In this document: piece after piece, positions 9,568 through 18,959 of the stretch
Layout of the letters: every line of letters begins with the position of its first letter
Numbering within the stretch: the first letter of the stretch is position 1
Assembly (NCBI GenBank): GCA_023411175.1
Contig: JAEYPB010000043.1
Coordinates: forward strand, 19,324-83,323
Source of the DNA: Bacillota bacterium
Lineage (GTDB): Bacteria; Bacillota; Clostridia; Christensenellales; Aristaeellaceae
DNA: 64,000 bases
Reading direction: 5' to 3'
Notes under the pieces: generated by a model
Databases searched by the model: none
What the model saw: the letters and a program-made list of their open reading frames with translations, nothing else
Told to the model about the DNA's origin: nothing
Translations under genes and position numbers: made by a program

Positions 9568-10533
9568 TCACTCCACATATTTTTTCAGGTGGCCGAAGCC
9601 CGCTTCGTCCATCTTCTCGAGAGGTATGAACTTCAGCGCCCCGCTGTTCACACAGTAGCGCACGCCGGAGGGCGATTCGCGGTCGCCTTCGAACACATGC
9701 CCGAGGTGGGAGTCGCCCCCGCGGCTCCTGATCTCGGTGCGGATCATGCCATGGGAGCGGTCTCGGCGGTAGACCATGGTGTTGTCGTCGATGGCCTTTG
9801 CAAAGGCCGGCCAGCCGCAGTCGCTTCGGTATTTGTCCTTTGAGGAGAACAGCGGTTCGCCGGTGGCGACGTCCACGTAGATGCCCTTTTCATCAAAGCG
9901 CCAGTACTCGCCTTCAAAGGGGCGCTCGGTGGCGTCTCCCTGCGTCACCGCATACTGGATGGGCGTCAAAATCGACCGGAGCTTACGGTCGTCTGGGCGG
10001 ATAAAGCCCTTCGGATCGACGGTCAGCGCCTTCGCTCTGGCGAACGCCGCCGGACCCAGATGGCAGTAACCGGTGGGGTTTTTGTCCAGATAATCCTGGT
10101 GATACTGCTCGGCGGGGTAGAAGCTGGTCAGCGGCTCGATGCGCACGCGGAAGGCCTCCCTGCGCCCCTTTTCGATCTCCGCCGCCTGTCGGATGATCTC
10201 CCCGTCGTACGGATTCTCGTAAAAAACGCCGGTCTGGTACTGGGGGCCCACGTCGTTGCCCTGACGATCCTCCACCGTCGTGTCGATCACCGAAAAAAAC
10301 AGAAAGACCAGCGCCTCCAGGCTGACCCTTCCGGGGTCATAGGCGACACGGACGGTCTCCCGGTGACCGGTCCGCCCGGTGCAGACCTGTTCGTACGTCG
10401 GGTTCACCACATGCCCGTTGGCGTATCCGCTCATCGCGTCCACGACGCCGGGCACCATGCTCATCAGTTTTTCCATACCCCAAAAGCAGCCTCCGGCAAA
10501 ATAAATGACCGAAGGCTCCTGTGCAGTGTCCAT
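9568..10533 (-). CDS. msrAB: Bifunctional peptide methionine sulfoxide reductase MsrA/MsrB
   Basis: N-terminal MsrA motif GGCFWG. C-terminal MsrB motifs (CGWPAF, HLGHVF, RYCVNS). Confidence 0.9.
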   Translation of the reverse strand: MDTAQEPSVIYFAGGCFWGMEKLMSMVPGVVDAMSGYANGHVVNPTYEQVCTGRTGHRETVRVAYDPGRVSLEALVFLFFSVIDTTVEDRQGNDVGPQYQTGVFYENPYDGEIIRQAAEIEKGRREAFRVRIEPLTSFYPAEQYHQDYLDKNPTGYCHLGPAAFARAKALTVDPKGFIRPDDRKLRSILTPIQYAVTQGDATERPFEGEYWRFDEKGIYVDVATGEPLFSSKDKYRSDCGWPAFAKAIDDNTMVYRRDRSHGMIRTEIRSRGGDSHLGHVFEGDRESPSGVRYCVNSGALKFIPLEKMDEAGFGHLKKYVE

Positions 10534-10676
10534 AGTGCTTCCCTCCCAAATCGTTCTGCCATAGCGTGCGCAATCGGACGCCGCGCCATGCCACGCTTTG
10601 TTTATACCGCAAAACGCCCCGGCGAATCAGTGGGTTTGACGAAGGTGCTATAATGGAAGCGGGAGGTGGACAAGAC

Positions 10677-11237
10677 ATGTCCCTCATCGAAATCATCCGC
10701 GCGTATCAGCCCGGCTGCGCGCAGGAGGCGGCGGACCGGCAGGTGATGCTCGCATCGCTTGAGCGGGGCGAAAAGCTGCTGACCCGGGAAAACCTCGTAA
10801 TGCACTTCACCGCGTCCGCGTGGATCGTAAACCCGCCGCAGACAAAGGCTTTGATGGTCTACCACAACCTGTACGACTCCTGGGCCTGGACCGGCGGACA
10901 CGCCGACGGCGAGGAGGACCTGTTAAGGGTCGCGCTGCGCGAGGCCGAGGAGGAGACCGGAGCCCGTGTGCGGCTTTTGCGCCCGGCGGTGTATTCGCTG
11001 GAAACGCTGACCGTCAACCCCCACATTAAGCGCGGCAAGTACGTGCCCGCGCACCTGCACCTGAACCTGACCTACCTTCTGGAGGCGGACGAATCCGACC
11101 ATCTCACCATCAAGCCCGACGAGAACCGGGGAGTTGCCTGGTTCCCGCTGTCGGACGCCGTAGACGCCTGCTCCGAGCCGTGGATGCGCCCCGTCTATGA
11201 AAAGCTCAACGCGCGCCTCGATACAGATCCCGCGTAA
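10677..11237 (+). CDS. NUDIX hydrolase
   Basis: Nudix box GGHADGEEDLLRVALREAEEETG. The start was moved to the ATG at 10677, which has an upstream purine-rich RBS. Confidence 0.8.
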   Translation: MSLIEIIRAYQPGCAQEAADRQVMLASLERGEKLLTRENLVMHFTASAWIVNPPQTKALMVYHNLYDSWAWTGGHADGEEDLLRVALREAEEETGARVRLLRPAVYSLETLTVNPHIKRGKYVPAHLHLNLTYLLEADESDHLTIKPDENRGVAWFPLSDAVDACSEPWMRPVYEKLNARLDTDPA

Positions 11238-11342
11238 TAATCCCAGCATCCAGGATTGTTTGTTTCATTTTGTAATAAAATTGTCATATTATATTTACAC
11301 CTTGCCCTCGGCGTGGTATAATACCATGCGGAGGGGATTTAT

Positions 11343-12431
11343 GTGCGCAAACTGATCAAAGCGGCCCTGGCGCTTTTAATTATCCTCGCGATGCCCGCAA
11401 GCGCCGCGACCACCCTGCCCAAGATTTCTCTGGTCGTAAGCGGCGAGCGCATCGCGCTTTCGTCGTCCACCGGCTACGTCGGAAAAAGCGGCAGCCGCGT
11501 AACCATCCCGCTGGAGACGGTCTTGAAGGCGCTGTCCATCGAATACACCACTTCCCACGGCGGCAAGCGCATGTACATGGAAGGCGCGGGAAAGTCGCGC
11601 GTGGTGGTGGCCTCCGGCTACGGCTTTGCCAAGGTAGACGGCAAGAAAAAGGCCCTGAAAGCGCGGGTCTATCAGAAAAACGGCCAGCTGATGGCTGATG
11701 TTTCCATCCTGAAGCTGCTGGGCGCGGGCTACAAGACCGCCTCGGCCGCGTCGCTTTCAAAAAAGGGCTACCCTTCCGGCGGTCTGTCCATCAGCCCCGC
11801 GGGCAAGGACATCACCTTCCCCACCCTCTCTACGCAACCCGAGCCATCCGAGACGAACAGCTTTGCGGCGGATCTCCCGGCCGCAAAGACCAGCGACCAG
11901 CTGGTTGTCGTCAAGTACAAGAGCGGCTCCACCGCCACCTTGACCATGCACGAAAAGGACTCGGACGGCGTATGGCGGCAGACCCTGTCCTCCACCGCCT
12001 ATGTTGGCAGGAACGGCATCGGCAAGACCAAGGAGGGCGACAAGAAGACCCCCACCGGCACCTTCAACCTGAAGACGCCCTTTGGCATCAAGTCCAACCC
12101 TGGCACGAGCCTTGATTACGTAAAGGTGACCAAGTACCACTACTGGTGCGGCACCTCCGGCTCCAAATACTACAACCAGCTGATCGACACGCGGCTGACA
12201 AACCGCGCCCGAACGCGCTCCGACGAATACCTCATCAACTACAAGGGCGTGTACAACTACGCCGCGTTCATCGATTACAACGCCTCCGGCACCGCCGGCA
12301 AGGGCTCCTGCATCTTCCTGCACTGCACTGGCTCCAACAAGTACACCGCCGGATGCATCGCGATCCCCGAGAGCGTGATGATCAAGGTGCTGAAGAACCT
12401 GAAGGCCGGCTGCAAAATCGTAATCTACTGA
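11343..12431 (+). CDS. L,D-transpeptidase (YkuD/ErfK family catalytic domain) with an N-terminal signal peptide
   Basis: C-terminal GSCIFLHCTG...TAGCIAI (His/Cys catalytic motif). GTG start with RBS GGAGGGG. Extended -10 TGGTATAAT at about 11311-11319. Confidence 0.8.
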   Translation: MRKLIKAALALLIILAMPASAATTLPKISLVVSGERIALSSSTGYVGKSGSRVTIPLETVLKALSIEYTTSHGGKRMYMEGAGKSRVVVASGYGFAKVDGKKKALKARVYQKNGQLMADVSILKLLGAGYKTASAASLSKKGYPSGGLSISPAGKDITFPTLSTQPEPSETNSFAADLPAAKTSDQLVVVKYKSGSTATLTMHEKDSDGVWRQTLSSTAYVGRNGIGKTKEGDKKTPTGTFNLKTPFGIKSNPGTSLDYVKVTKYHYWCGTSGSKYYNQLIDTRLTNRARTRSDEYLINYKGVYNYAAFIDYNASGTAGKGSCIFLHCTGSNKYTAGCIAIPESVMIKVLKNLKAGCKIVIY

Positions 12432-12450
12432 TTCTTCCCCAGCAGATGTA

Positions 12451-12483
12451 AAAATGCCGGAACCATACGGTTCCGGCATTTTG
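12451..12483. terminator. Bidirectional intrinsic terminator
   Basis: AAAAT-GCCGGAACC-ATAC-GGTTCCGGC-ATTTT. Confidence 0.6.
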
Positions 12484-12494
12484 CTATATGTCTT

Positions 12495-13727
12495 TTATTG
12501 CGCGGGCTTCGGAACCCCGCCCCGCTGGGGCGCGCCGGAAGTGATCGGGCCCAGGCGGTACGAGAACATGATCGCCGAATTGGGGCAGGCCTTGTAGAAC
12601 GCGCGCTTGACCCGCTCCAGCACCATCTTGCCGGTATCGTGGTTGACCAGCGGCAAAAGCAGCGCGTACTGCGAGGCGCTGAAGTGGGTGATGGTGTCGC
12701 CCTTTCGAAGGTTCCCCACCAGCGTCTTCTGCAGCGTCTGCATGATGTCATTGAGGCGCATCGGCTCCAGCGGATTGCTGCCGATGGAGGTGACCATGAT
12801 CAGCGCGATGAACATCGTAGAGCCCATGCGCTCGAGGTTGCGCATCTGCAGGTTGTAGATCTCCTTGAAGACCGCGTACTCGCACACAAACGCGCCTCGC
12901 TGGCTGCCGTATTCGGTCAGCTCCTTGCGGATGGCGTCGATGTCCATGTCCAGCGTCTTGCCGGCCTTCAGGATCTGCTTGTAGAACTCCTGGATGGCCT
13001 CCGGCGGCTGCATGCCCAAGTAGCGAAGGTGCAGGTTTGTGGCGTGCTTGTACTGGATCAGCGCCTCGTTGTTGCGGTTGGTGCGGATCAGCGCGTTCAT
13101 CAGCGCCAAATGCAGCCGCTCGTCGAACACGTCCACGTCCAGCGCCAGCCGGCACACGTGGATCATGCGCTCAAAGTCCTTCGCTTCCTTCAGGAGGTCC
13201 AGGTAGCTGTAGACCAGCTTCAGATACTGGCTGTGCAGGTAGACGCTGCGGGAAACCACCCAGTCTTCCTGCTCGAGGCCGGGCAGAAGATCCCCCTGGA
13301 ACAGCGACAGAAGCCGGTTGAACTTCTGGTGGACCGAATCGTCCAGCGCGGAGACGTCGTTCAGCTCCGCAGCCAGCCGGTCGAACTCCAGCGTATCCAC
13401 CTCAATGCCCGCCTGACTGTTGAAGCGATAGGAGCCGCGCTCGGTGATGATCGCCGCGCCCAACTCCGGCGCAATTTCAGAGAGGATCGCGCGGGTGCGG
13501 CTCACCAGCGTTTTCAGCGCGCCTTCGGGGTTTGAGCTCTGCTCGTCTTCCCAAAGCACCTCGTAGAGCTTGAAATTCGGCGCGGACTCGCCGCCCCTGA
13601 GCACGAGGTATTGCAGAAGCCGGGTACCCTTTCTGGTCTTGGCGAGCTGTTTTTCAACGCTCTGTTCGTCCACCAGCACATCAAATTTTCCCAGCATTCT
13701 GATCGAAATCCGGTGCTTTTCCTCCAT
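12495..13727 (-). CDS. SARP-family regulator (OmpR-type winged helix plus BTAD) fused to a C-terminal degenerate GGDEF-like domain
   Basis: N-terminus matches the SARP pattern (MLGKFDV...KTRKGTRLLQYLVL...LYEVLWEDE...ALKTLVSRTRAIL). The C-terminal RKGDTITHFSASQYALLLP resembles a GGDEF fold in which the GG(D/E)EF motif has been lost. Confidence 0.6.
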   Translation of the reverse strand: MEEKHRISIRMLGKFDVLVDEQSVEKQLAKTRKGTRLLQYLVLRGGESAPNFKLYEVLWEDEQSSNPEGALKTLVSRTRAILSEIAPELGAAIITERGSYRFNSQAGIEVDTLEFDRLAAELNDVSALDDSVHQKFNRLLSLFQGDLLPGLEQEDWVVSRSVYLHSQYLKLVYSYLDLLKEAKDFERMIHVCRLALDVDVFDERLHLALMNALIRTNRNNEALIQYKHATNLHLRYLGMQPPEAIQEFYKQILKAGKTLDMDIDAIRKELTEYGSQRGAFVCEYAVFKEIYNLQMRNLERMGSTMFIALIMVTSIGSNPLEPMRLNDIMQTLQKTLVGNLRKGDTITHFSASQYALLLPLVNHDTGKMVLERVKRAFYKACPNSAIMFSYRLGPITSGAPQRGGVPKPAQ

Positions 13728-13754
13728 CTGGAGGCCCCCCTTCCGATTGGCGCG

Positions 13755-14814
13755 CTAGATTTTTTTGCCCATGATATCCGGGTTGATCGCGTATGAAAGC
13801 GCGAAGTCGCGCGTGATGCGCCCCGCGCGGAAAAGCTTCAGAATGTCCTCATCCATCGAGATCATGCCCTGGGCGCTGCCCGCGTAGATCGCGTTGTCGA
13901 TCTGATGGCCCTTGCCCTCTCGGATCATGTTGGAAATGGCGGGCGTGACCACCATAACCTCCATTGCCGGCGCGAGGCCGCCGTCCACCGTGGGGATCAG
14001 CTGCTGGGAGACCACCGCCAGGAGCACCATCGAAAGCTGCACGCGCACCTGCGCCTGCTGGGCTGCCGGGAAAACATCCACAATGCGGTCGATGGTCTTG
14101 GCCGCGCCCAGCGTGTGCAGCGACGAGAGCAGAAGGTGCCCCGTCTCGGCGGCGGTCAGCGCGGTGTGGATGGTTTCATAGTCCCGCATCTCGCCCAGGA
14201 GGATCACGTCCGGAGCCTGCCGGAGCGCGGAGCGCAGCGCGCGGGCAAAATCCGTCGCGTCCAGCGCGATCTCCCGCTGACTGACGATGGATCTCTGGTG
14301 CGGGTGCAGGTACTCGATCGGATCCTCCAGCGTAATGATGTGGCTGTCGGACTCCCGGTTGATCCGGTCGATCATGCAGGCCAGCGTGGTGGACTTTCCG
14401 CTGCCGGCCGGCCCGGTGACCAGAATCATGCCCCGCTTTTTCGCGCAAAGGTCCATGACCACCTGCGGAATGCCCAGCGCCCTGTAATCCGGCAGGCCGA
14501 AGGGCACTGCCCGGAGCACCGCCGCGGGCGAACCCCGCTGCATGTAGGTGTTGCAGCGAAAACGCCCGATGTCCCGCACGGAGAAGGAGAAATCATCGTC
14601 GCCCGTCTCGGTGAGCCGCGATACCGCACGTCCCCCCGCAAGCTGGTAGGCTGTTTCGATCAGCGCGCGGGTGTCGTTCATGTTCAGTTTTTCACCCATC
14701 AGCGGCTGCATGACGGTTCCGATCTTCACCGTCGCGGGCGCGCCCGGCACAAGGTATACGTCCGAGCCGCCCTTTTCCACCGCCGCCTTGAGAAGGTTTA
14801 TTAGTTCCACAAAC
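13755..14814 (-). CDS. pilT: Type IV pilus retraction ATPase, PilT family
   Basis: Walker A GPAGSGKSTT. PilT-specific AISNMIREGK...GMISMDEDILKLFRAGRITRDFAL. The start was moved to the GTG (VELINLL...) with RBS GGGGGAA; the longer track ORF 13755..14906 has no RBS. Confidence 0.85.
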
Positions 14815-14827
14815 GTTCCCCCATGCG

Positions 14828-15295
14828 TCAACTGAACAGGTTGAGGTTTCGGTCCTCGCCCGTCCACAACTCGCCACCGATCAGCGCGTAGCGCACAACC
14901 GTACAATGCGGCGCCGTCTCAGAGGGCCTGACGGCCACGGACAGCACCCGTCCGCCGCCCGCGTCCACCGTAAAGGACAACATCTCTCCGTCGAAATCCA
15001 GCGGAACCCCTCCCGCCTCGCGCCCGGACAGCGCCGCCTCGAAGGCTTCCCGGTCGGAGGTCGACGCGGCCGCATTCCGGACGATTCCGTCCAGCTGTGC
15101 CAGCACCCGCTGCGCGCGGTCGGAGGCTTCGTAGTACGCCTCGGACAGCGCAACCGCGCGGCCCGTCAGCGCCGCGTCGCCCCGCGCGCCGGACAGCGCC
15201 AGAAGCGCCAGCGTCGTCACACACAGCACCGCGAAGATGGTGAGCATCGTCGATGCGCCGATGCCGACCCGGTATTCCTGCTTGGGCCGGTTCAT
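14828..15295 (-). CDS. Pilus-associated single-TM protein (minor pseudopilin-like), hypothetical
   Basis: MNRPKQEYRVGIGASTMLTIFAVLCVTTLALLAL. Its ATG overlaps the upstream stop (ATGA). The start is internal to track ORF 14828..15529. Confidence 0.5.
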   Translation of the reverse strand: MNRPKQEYRVGIGASTMLTIFAVLCVTTLALLALSGARGDAALTGRAVALSEAYYEASDRAQRVLAQLDGIVRNAAASTSDREAFEAALSGREAGGVPLDFDGEMLSFTVDAGGGRVLSVAVRPSETAPHCTVVRYALIGGELWTGEDRNLNLFS

Positions 15296-15684
15296 GGCGC
15301 CACCTCCCCGGGAACGTACCGGCTGGCCGGCAGCGTGATGAGCGCCTTGTCCCTGATGGAGACGGTGAGTCGGATGTCGTAGAGGGTGCCCGCGTCTTCC
15401 GCTTCGGGCGTAAGGGCCGCGTACACGGTATAGCCGTCCTGCTCGATCGCGTAGCCGCCCTCCGCCTCGGTGCCGGCGCCCTTGATAAGAGAAGCGGGGT
15501 CGTCCGAGACGGCGATACGCTCCGCCCAATCCTGCGCGATAAACAGCGCCTCGGTGGTGCGGCGGCTGTCAAGGCCGATCTGGTGGGCCCGGGCCAGCAC
15601 GCCCGAGGCGATCACCGCAGATACCGCGAAGAAGGCCAGCGCGATCAAGAGCTCAAGAAGCACCAGATTGCCCTTATAGCGCAC
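15292..15684 (-). CDS. Type IV pilin-like (pseudopilin, ComGC/GspG-like) protein
   Basis: Prepilin-like N-terminus MRYKG-NLVLLELLIALAFFAV: a Gly cleavage site followed by a hydrophobic helix, with Glu near +5/+6. Confidence 0.6.
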   Translation of the reverse strand: MRYKGNLVLLELLIALAFFAVSAVIASGVLARAHQIGLDSRRTTEALFIAQDWAERIAVSDDPASLIKGAGTEAEGGYAIEQDGYTVYAALTPEAEDAGTLYDIRLTVSIRDKALITLPASRYVPGEVAP

Positions 15685-16177
15685 CCGTTTCGCCCCCTTC
15701 CCCGGCGCGCAGCGCGACGCTCGTCACGGCCACGGTGCCGTCGGACAGATGCGCGCGAAGGATGATCCGCGCGCCCTCCCCGTAGAAGGTGAAGCCGGGC
15801 AACGAAGCGATCCGCTCGCCGTCGTCCGGGCTGAATGGAACGGAGACATCGTAGAACTGTTCGTAGAGTCTGCCATCCTTCGAATAGATGCGCGTCTCGT
15901 AGGTCTCTCCGTCCGCCTCGTCCCGGATCACCAGGAGCTTTACCCCCTGTTCTTCCCGAAAGGATACGCTTTTCCGATCCCCGCTGGCGCGCAGTTTGCC
16001 GCTGACGTAGCCCAGCGCGATGCGCTCCTGGGTTACAACCCGCGCGGAATCCCCCATCGCCCGGTAGGAGCGGACGCCCGCCAAGACGATCGTAAGCGAC
16101 ATAAGCGTAAACAACCCGACCAGCACAAAGGCGAACAGGCCGCTGACGCTGTGCTCCCTGCGCTTCCCAACGCTCAT
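15674..16177 (-). CDS. Pilus-operon single-TM protein, hypothetical
   Basis: SGLFAFVLVGLFTLMSLTIVLAG TM near the N-terminus. ATGA overlap with the upstream gene. Confidence 0.5.
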   Translation of the reverse strand: MSVGKRREHSVSGLFAFVLVGLFTLMSLTIVLAGVRSYRAMGDSARVVTQERIALGYVSGKLRASGDRKSVSFREEQGVKLLVIRDEADGETYETRIYSKDGRLYEQFYDVSVPFSPDDGERIASLPGFTFYGEGARIILRAHLSDGTVAVTSVALRAGEGGETGAL

Positions 16178-16512
16178 GCGCCATCATCCCTTCTCAAAAC
16201 CGAGACCGTCGGCATGATGTTGGACGCGAACGCATCATAGGAGACGATGAACCGGTCGCCGTCGAACGCGAGCGCGTAGTTGTCCGTCAAGTAGTCCAGC
16301 GAGGGCGGATACTGTCCTTCCGTCGCGTAGCAGGTGACCATCGCGCGCCGGACGGCCTCGCGAAGCTGCGCTTCCTGCTCGGCGTCCGACTGTGCGCCGG
16401 CGACGCCGACCGCCCAGATGAAGCCGAGCATGACGGCGAAAAGCGCGGCTGCCGTCACGATCAGCCCTCGAAGATTGCCCTTTGGCCGCTTTTCATAGAG
16501 ATGCTGACGCAT
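16174..16512 (-). CDS. Pilus-operon single-TM protein, hypothetical
   Basis: RPKGNLRGLIVTAAALFAVMLGFIW. Lies 4 nt downstream of the pilC-like stop. Confidence 0.5.
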   Translation of the reverse strand: MRQHLYEKRPKGNLRGLIVTAAALFAVMLGFIWAVGVAGAQSDAEQEAQLREAVRRAMVTCYATEGQYPPSLDYLTDNYALAFDGDRFIVSYDAFASNIMPTVSVLRRDDGA

Positions 16513-16516
16513 GCCG

Positions 16517-17581
16517 TTACCCCAGCGACGACATCAGGCTCGCCAGCGGCAGCATGACCGAGAGCAGAATGCCGCCGATGACGATTGACATGATCGCCAC
16601 CAGCGTCGGCTCAATGGTCGAAACCAACCGCCGGATCCCGTCGTCCACCTCGTCCTGATAGGTTTCCGCCAACCGCTCCATGACCGTCTCCGTCTGACCG
16701 GCCATGACGCCAACGCGGATCATCTTGCCGTGAATCGGCTCGAAGATGCGCGCGCCTTCGATGGCGTCGGCAAAGGCCGCGCCCTCCTGCATCCGGGCGC
16801 GGACGCTCTCCACCTTGGCGCGGCTGCCCTCATCCGTCATCACGTTCGGCACGAGGTCCATCGCCTGATCCAGCGGGAAGCCGCTGCCCATCAGCATCGC
16901 CATCACGGAGGCAAAGCGCCCCGCGGACAGCTTGTCCGCCACGAGGCGAAGCGGTCTGAACGAGCGCAGGAGGAAACGGATCACGGCATCCCGCTTTTTT
17001 GTTCTGAGCAGAAGCGCAACCCCCAAGACAGCGAGGAGAATCAGCCCCGCCAGCGTCAGCACAAAGGCGCCCGCCCCGAGGCCTGCATCCATGCGCGCCG
17101 TGGTGGTAGCGGAGAGGTCCCCGCCGAGGTTGCGCAACACCTCTGAAAACATCGGCAGCACTTGCACCACCAGCACCACCACGACCAGCGTCATCAGCCC
17201 CACCATGAGGAGCGGATAGGTAACGGCGCTGCGCACGGTGGCGCGCACCTGGGCCTCCCGCGCGTAGTGCGCGGCGAGCCCCTGCATCACGCGCTCCAGC
17301 GTACCGGCCTGTTCGCCCACGCGCACCATCTGAACCATGTAAGGCGGAAAGACGTCCAGCGCCGCCACCGACTCGTACAGCGAGCCGGTGCGCTTCATCG
17401 TCTCGTTCAGGCGCTGAAACCTTTCGCCGTAGCGGGTGGCGGCGTAGTTTTCGCACAGCGCCTCGACGCCGTCGTACAGCGCGATGCCCGATTTTAGTAG
17501 TAGCGCCACCTGCTCGCAGAACAGGGCCGTCTCGTCCGCAGGCAGGTAACGGGTGCGGCTGCCCATCGCTTCTTCCCCCAT
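16517..17581 (-). CDS. Type II secretion / type IV pilus platform protein (GspF/PilC/ComGB family)
   Basis: 354 aa with two T2SSF-like halves and three TM segments. Confidence 0.8.
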   Translation of the reverse strand: MGEEAMGSRTRYLPADETALFCEQVALLLKSGIALYDGVEALCENYAATRYGERFQRLNETMKRTGSLYESVAALDVFPPYMVQMVRVGEQAGTLERVMQGLAAHYAREAQVRATVRSAVTYPLLMVGLMTLVVVVLVVQVLPMFSEVLRNLGGDLSATTTARMDAGLGAGAFVLTLAGLILLAVLGVALLLRTKKRDAVIRFLLRSFRPLRLVADKLSAGRFASVMAMLMGSGFPLDQAMDLVPNVMTDEGSRAKVESVRARMQEGAAFADAIEGARIFEPIHGKMIRVGVMAGQTETVMERLAETYQDEVDDGIRRLVSTIEPTLVAIMSIVIGGILLSVMLPLASLMSSLG

Positions 17582-17588
17582 CTTTCGC

Positions 17589-18419
17589 TCAGTAGAACCG
17601 TTCGGTCGTATACTTTACCACCTTGAGGCCGGTGACCATGCTGGTGGTGTCATATCGCTTCCATTCGCCGCCCAGCAGAACCTCGTTCCACGCGTGGTAA
17701 AATGTGTCCGCGTACCCGATGACCAGCTTGCACTTGATGCCTTGAACCCGAAGCATGCAAGCAACCAGCGCCGCGTAGTCAAAGCAGATGCCCTTTTTGG
17801 TGGATAAGGTTGTGTCCGGATCGGGCAGGTAGCCGCTTTGAACCGTCTTGGCCAGGATGTGATCATAGAGCACCGTGCCCACGACGTAATCGATCACCGC
17901 CTTGGTGATCGCCGCGTCGTCCGCCAGCCCTTTTGCGAGTTCGCTGGATTTGGCGACCGCCGCATAGCTGGCGTCGTAGGAAACGTACTGGCTCGGGTAA
18001 AGCGCATAGCCGGACTCGTCCGAAAGCGCTACCTTCACCTTCTTGGCGTAAAGCTGCGCGTACTGGCTGCCGCGAACCTGCTCGAACGCCGTCACCTGAT
18101 AGGTGCCGCTGCCCAGTTGCAGCGGAAAGATCTGGTACTCCCCGGTGGGAAGATCGTAGGTGTAGGTTCCGTCTCCCTTGACGATCCGCAGCTTGAGCTT
18201 TTTCTTGCGCGAAGCCTTGATCATCAGGTATCCGCCGGACGCGTTGCTTGCGTCGATGGTCACGCCAGAACCCTCGTACACGGTTTCCCCGACAGCTTCC
18301 GGATATTTCGCATTGGTTACATCCGCGAGATATGCGTGAAGAGAAACAGCGGTCAGCGCGATTACGAGCGCACAGGCGATTGCAATAGCGTTCAACGCGG
18401 CTTTCCGCCATCTTTTCAT
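17589..18419 (-). CDS. Transglutaminase-like cysteine protease-fold protein, membrane-anchored
   Basis: N-terminal TM. C-terminal GICFDYAALVACMLRVQGI ... YHAWNEV (transglutaminase-like Cys/His core). Confidence 0.7.
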   Translation of the reverse strand: MKRWRKAALNAIAIACALVIALTAVSLHAYLADVTNAKYPEAVGETVYEGSGVTIDASNASGGYLMIKASRKKKLKLRIVKGDGTYTYDLPTGEYQIFPLQLGSGTYQVTAFEQVRGSQYAQLYAKKVKVALSDESGYALYPSQYVSYDASYAAVAKSSELAKGLADDAAITKAVIDYVVGTVLYDHILAKTVQSGYLPDPDTTLSTKKGICFDYAALVACMLRVQGIKCKLVIGYADTFYHAWNEVLLGGEWKRYDTTSMVTGLKVVKYTTERFY

Positions 18420-18527
18420 ACCGCGCTCGGCCTCCGTCCCGTTACATTCTCCTTTATGTAACCATAATCCTCCATTTATACCGTATTATATCAGGAAATA
18501 CAACGGGGCGCAACGCTTTTCGAACCC

Positions 18528-18959
18528 TTATACGGCGGTCTCAAGAAGAAAACGAATCGCGTCCACATACCCCTGAAAGCCCTGCCCGGCGATTTTTGTC
18601 CGGCACGCGGCGGTCACATAGGAAACCTTGCGGAACGCCTCCCGCGAATCTACGTCGGAGATGTGCACCTCCACCGCCGGGAGACCCACCGCCTTGAGCG
18701 CGTCCAGGATCGCCACGGAGGTATGGGTATAGGCCGCCGGGTTGATGACGATGCCGTCGAACGCGCCGTAAGCGGCCTGAATTTCGTCCACGATGGCGCC
18801 CTCATGGTTGGACTGAAAGCACTTGACCGCAACGCACATGTCCCGGGCGGCGGCCTCGATCTCCGAAACGAGGTCCCCATAGGTCTTCCGGCCATAAATG
18901 TCCGGCTCCCGTATACCCAGCATGTTGAGATTGGGTCCGTTGATGATAAGAATTTTCAT
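18528..18959 (-). CDS. aroQ: 3-dehydroquinate dehydratase, type II
   Basis: MKILIINGPNLNMLGIREPDIYG...HISD is typical of AroQ. Start set at MKILII. Confidence 0.85.
   Translation of the reverse strand: MKILIINGPNLNMLGIREPDIYGRKTYGDLVSEIEAAARDMCVAVKCFQSNHEGAIVDEIQAAYGAFDGIVINPAAYTHTSVAILDALKAVGLPAVEVHISDVDSREAFRKVSYVTAACRTKIAGQGFQGYVDAIRFLLETAV

Noticed and set aside
12498-13535. 345-aa plus-strand ORF 12498..13535
   Set aside because: Antisense to the SARP regulator, which has recognisable wHTH/BTAD motifs. Its composition (Arg/Leu/Gln runs) is typical of a shadow ORF.
14828-15529. Longer version (233 aa) of the pilus-operon ORF, starting at 15529
   Set aside because: The N-terminal 78 codons are Arg/Gly-rich and overlap the upstream pseudopilin gene. 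The internal ATG at 15295 forms an ATGA stop/start overlap typical of this operon, and gives a protein that begins with a TM helix like its neighbours.
18420-18527. Possible intrinsic terminator between aroQ and the transglutaminase-like gene
   Set aside because: Only a very short GCG-CAA-CGC stem is present, with a weak U-tract. The evidence is insufficient; read-through from the aro operon into the pilus-like operon cannot be excluded.
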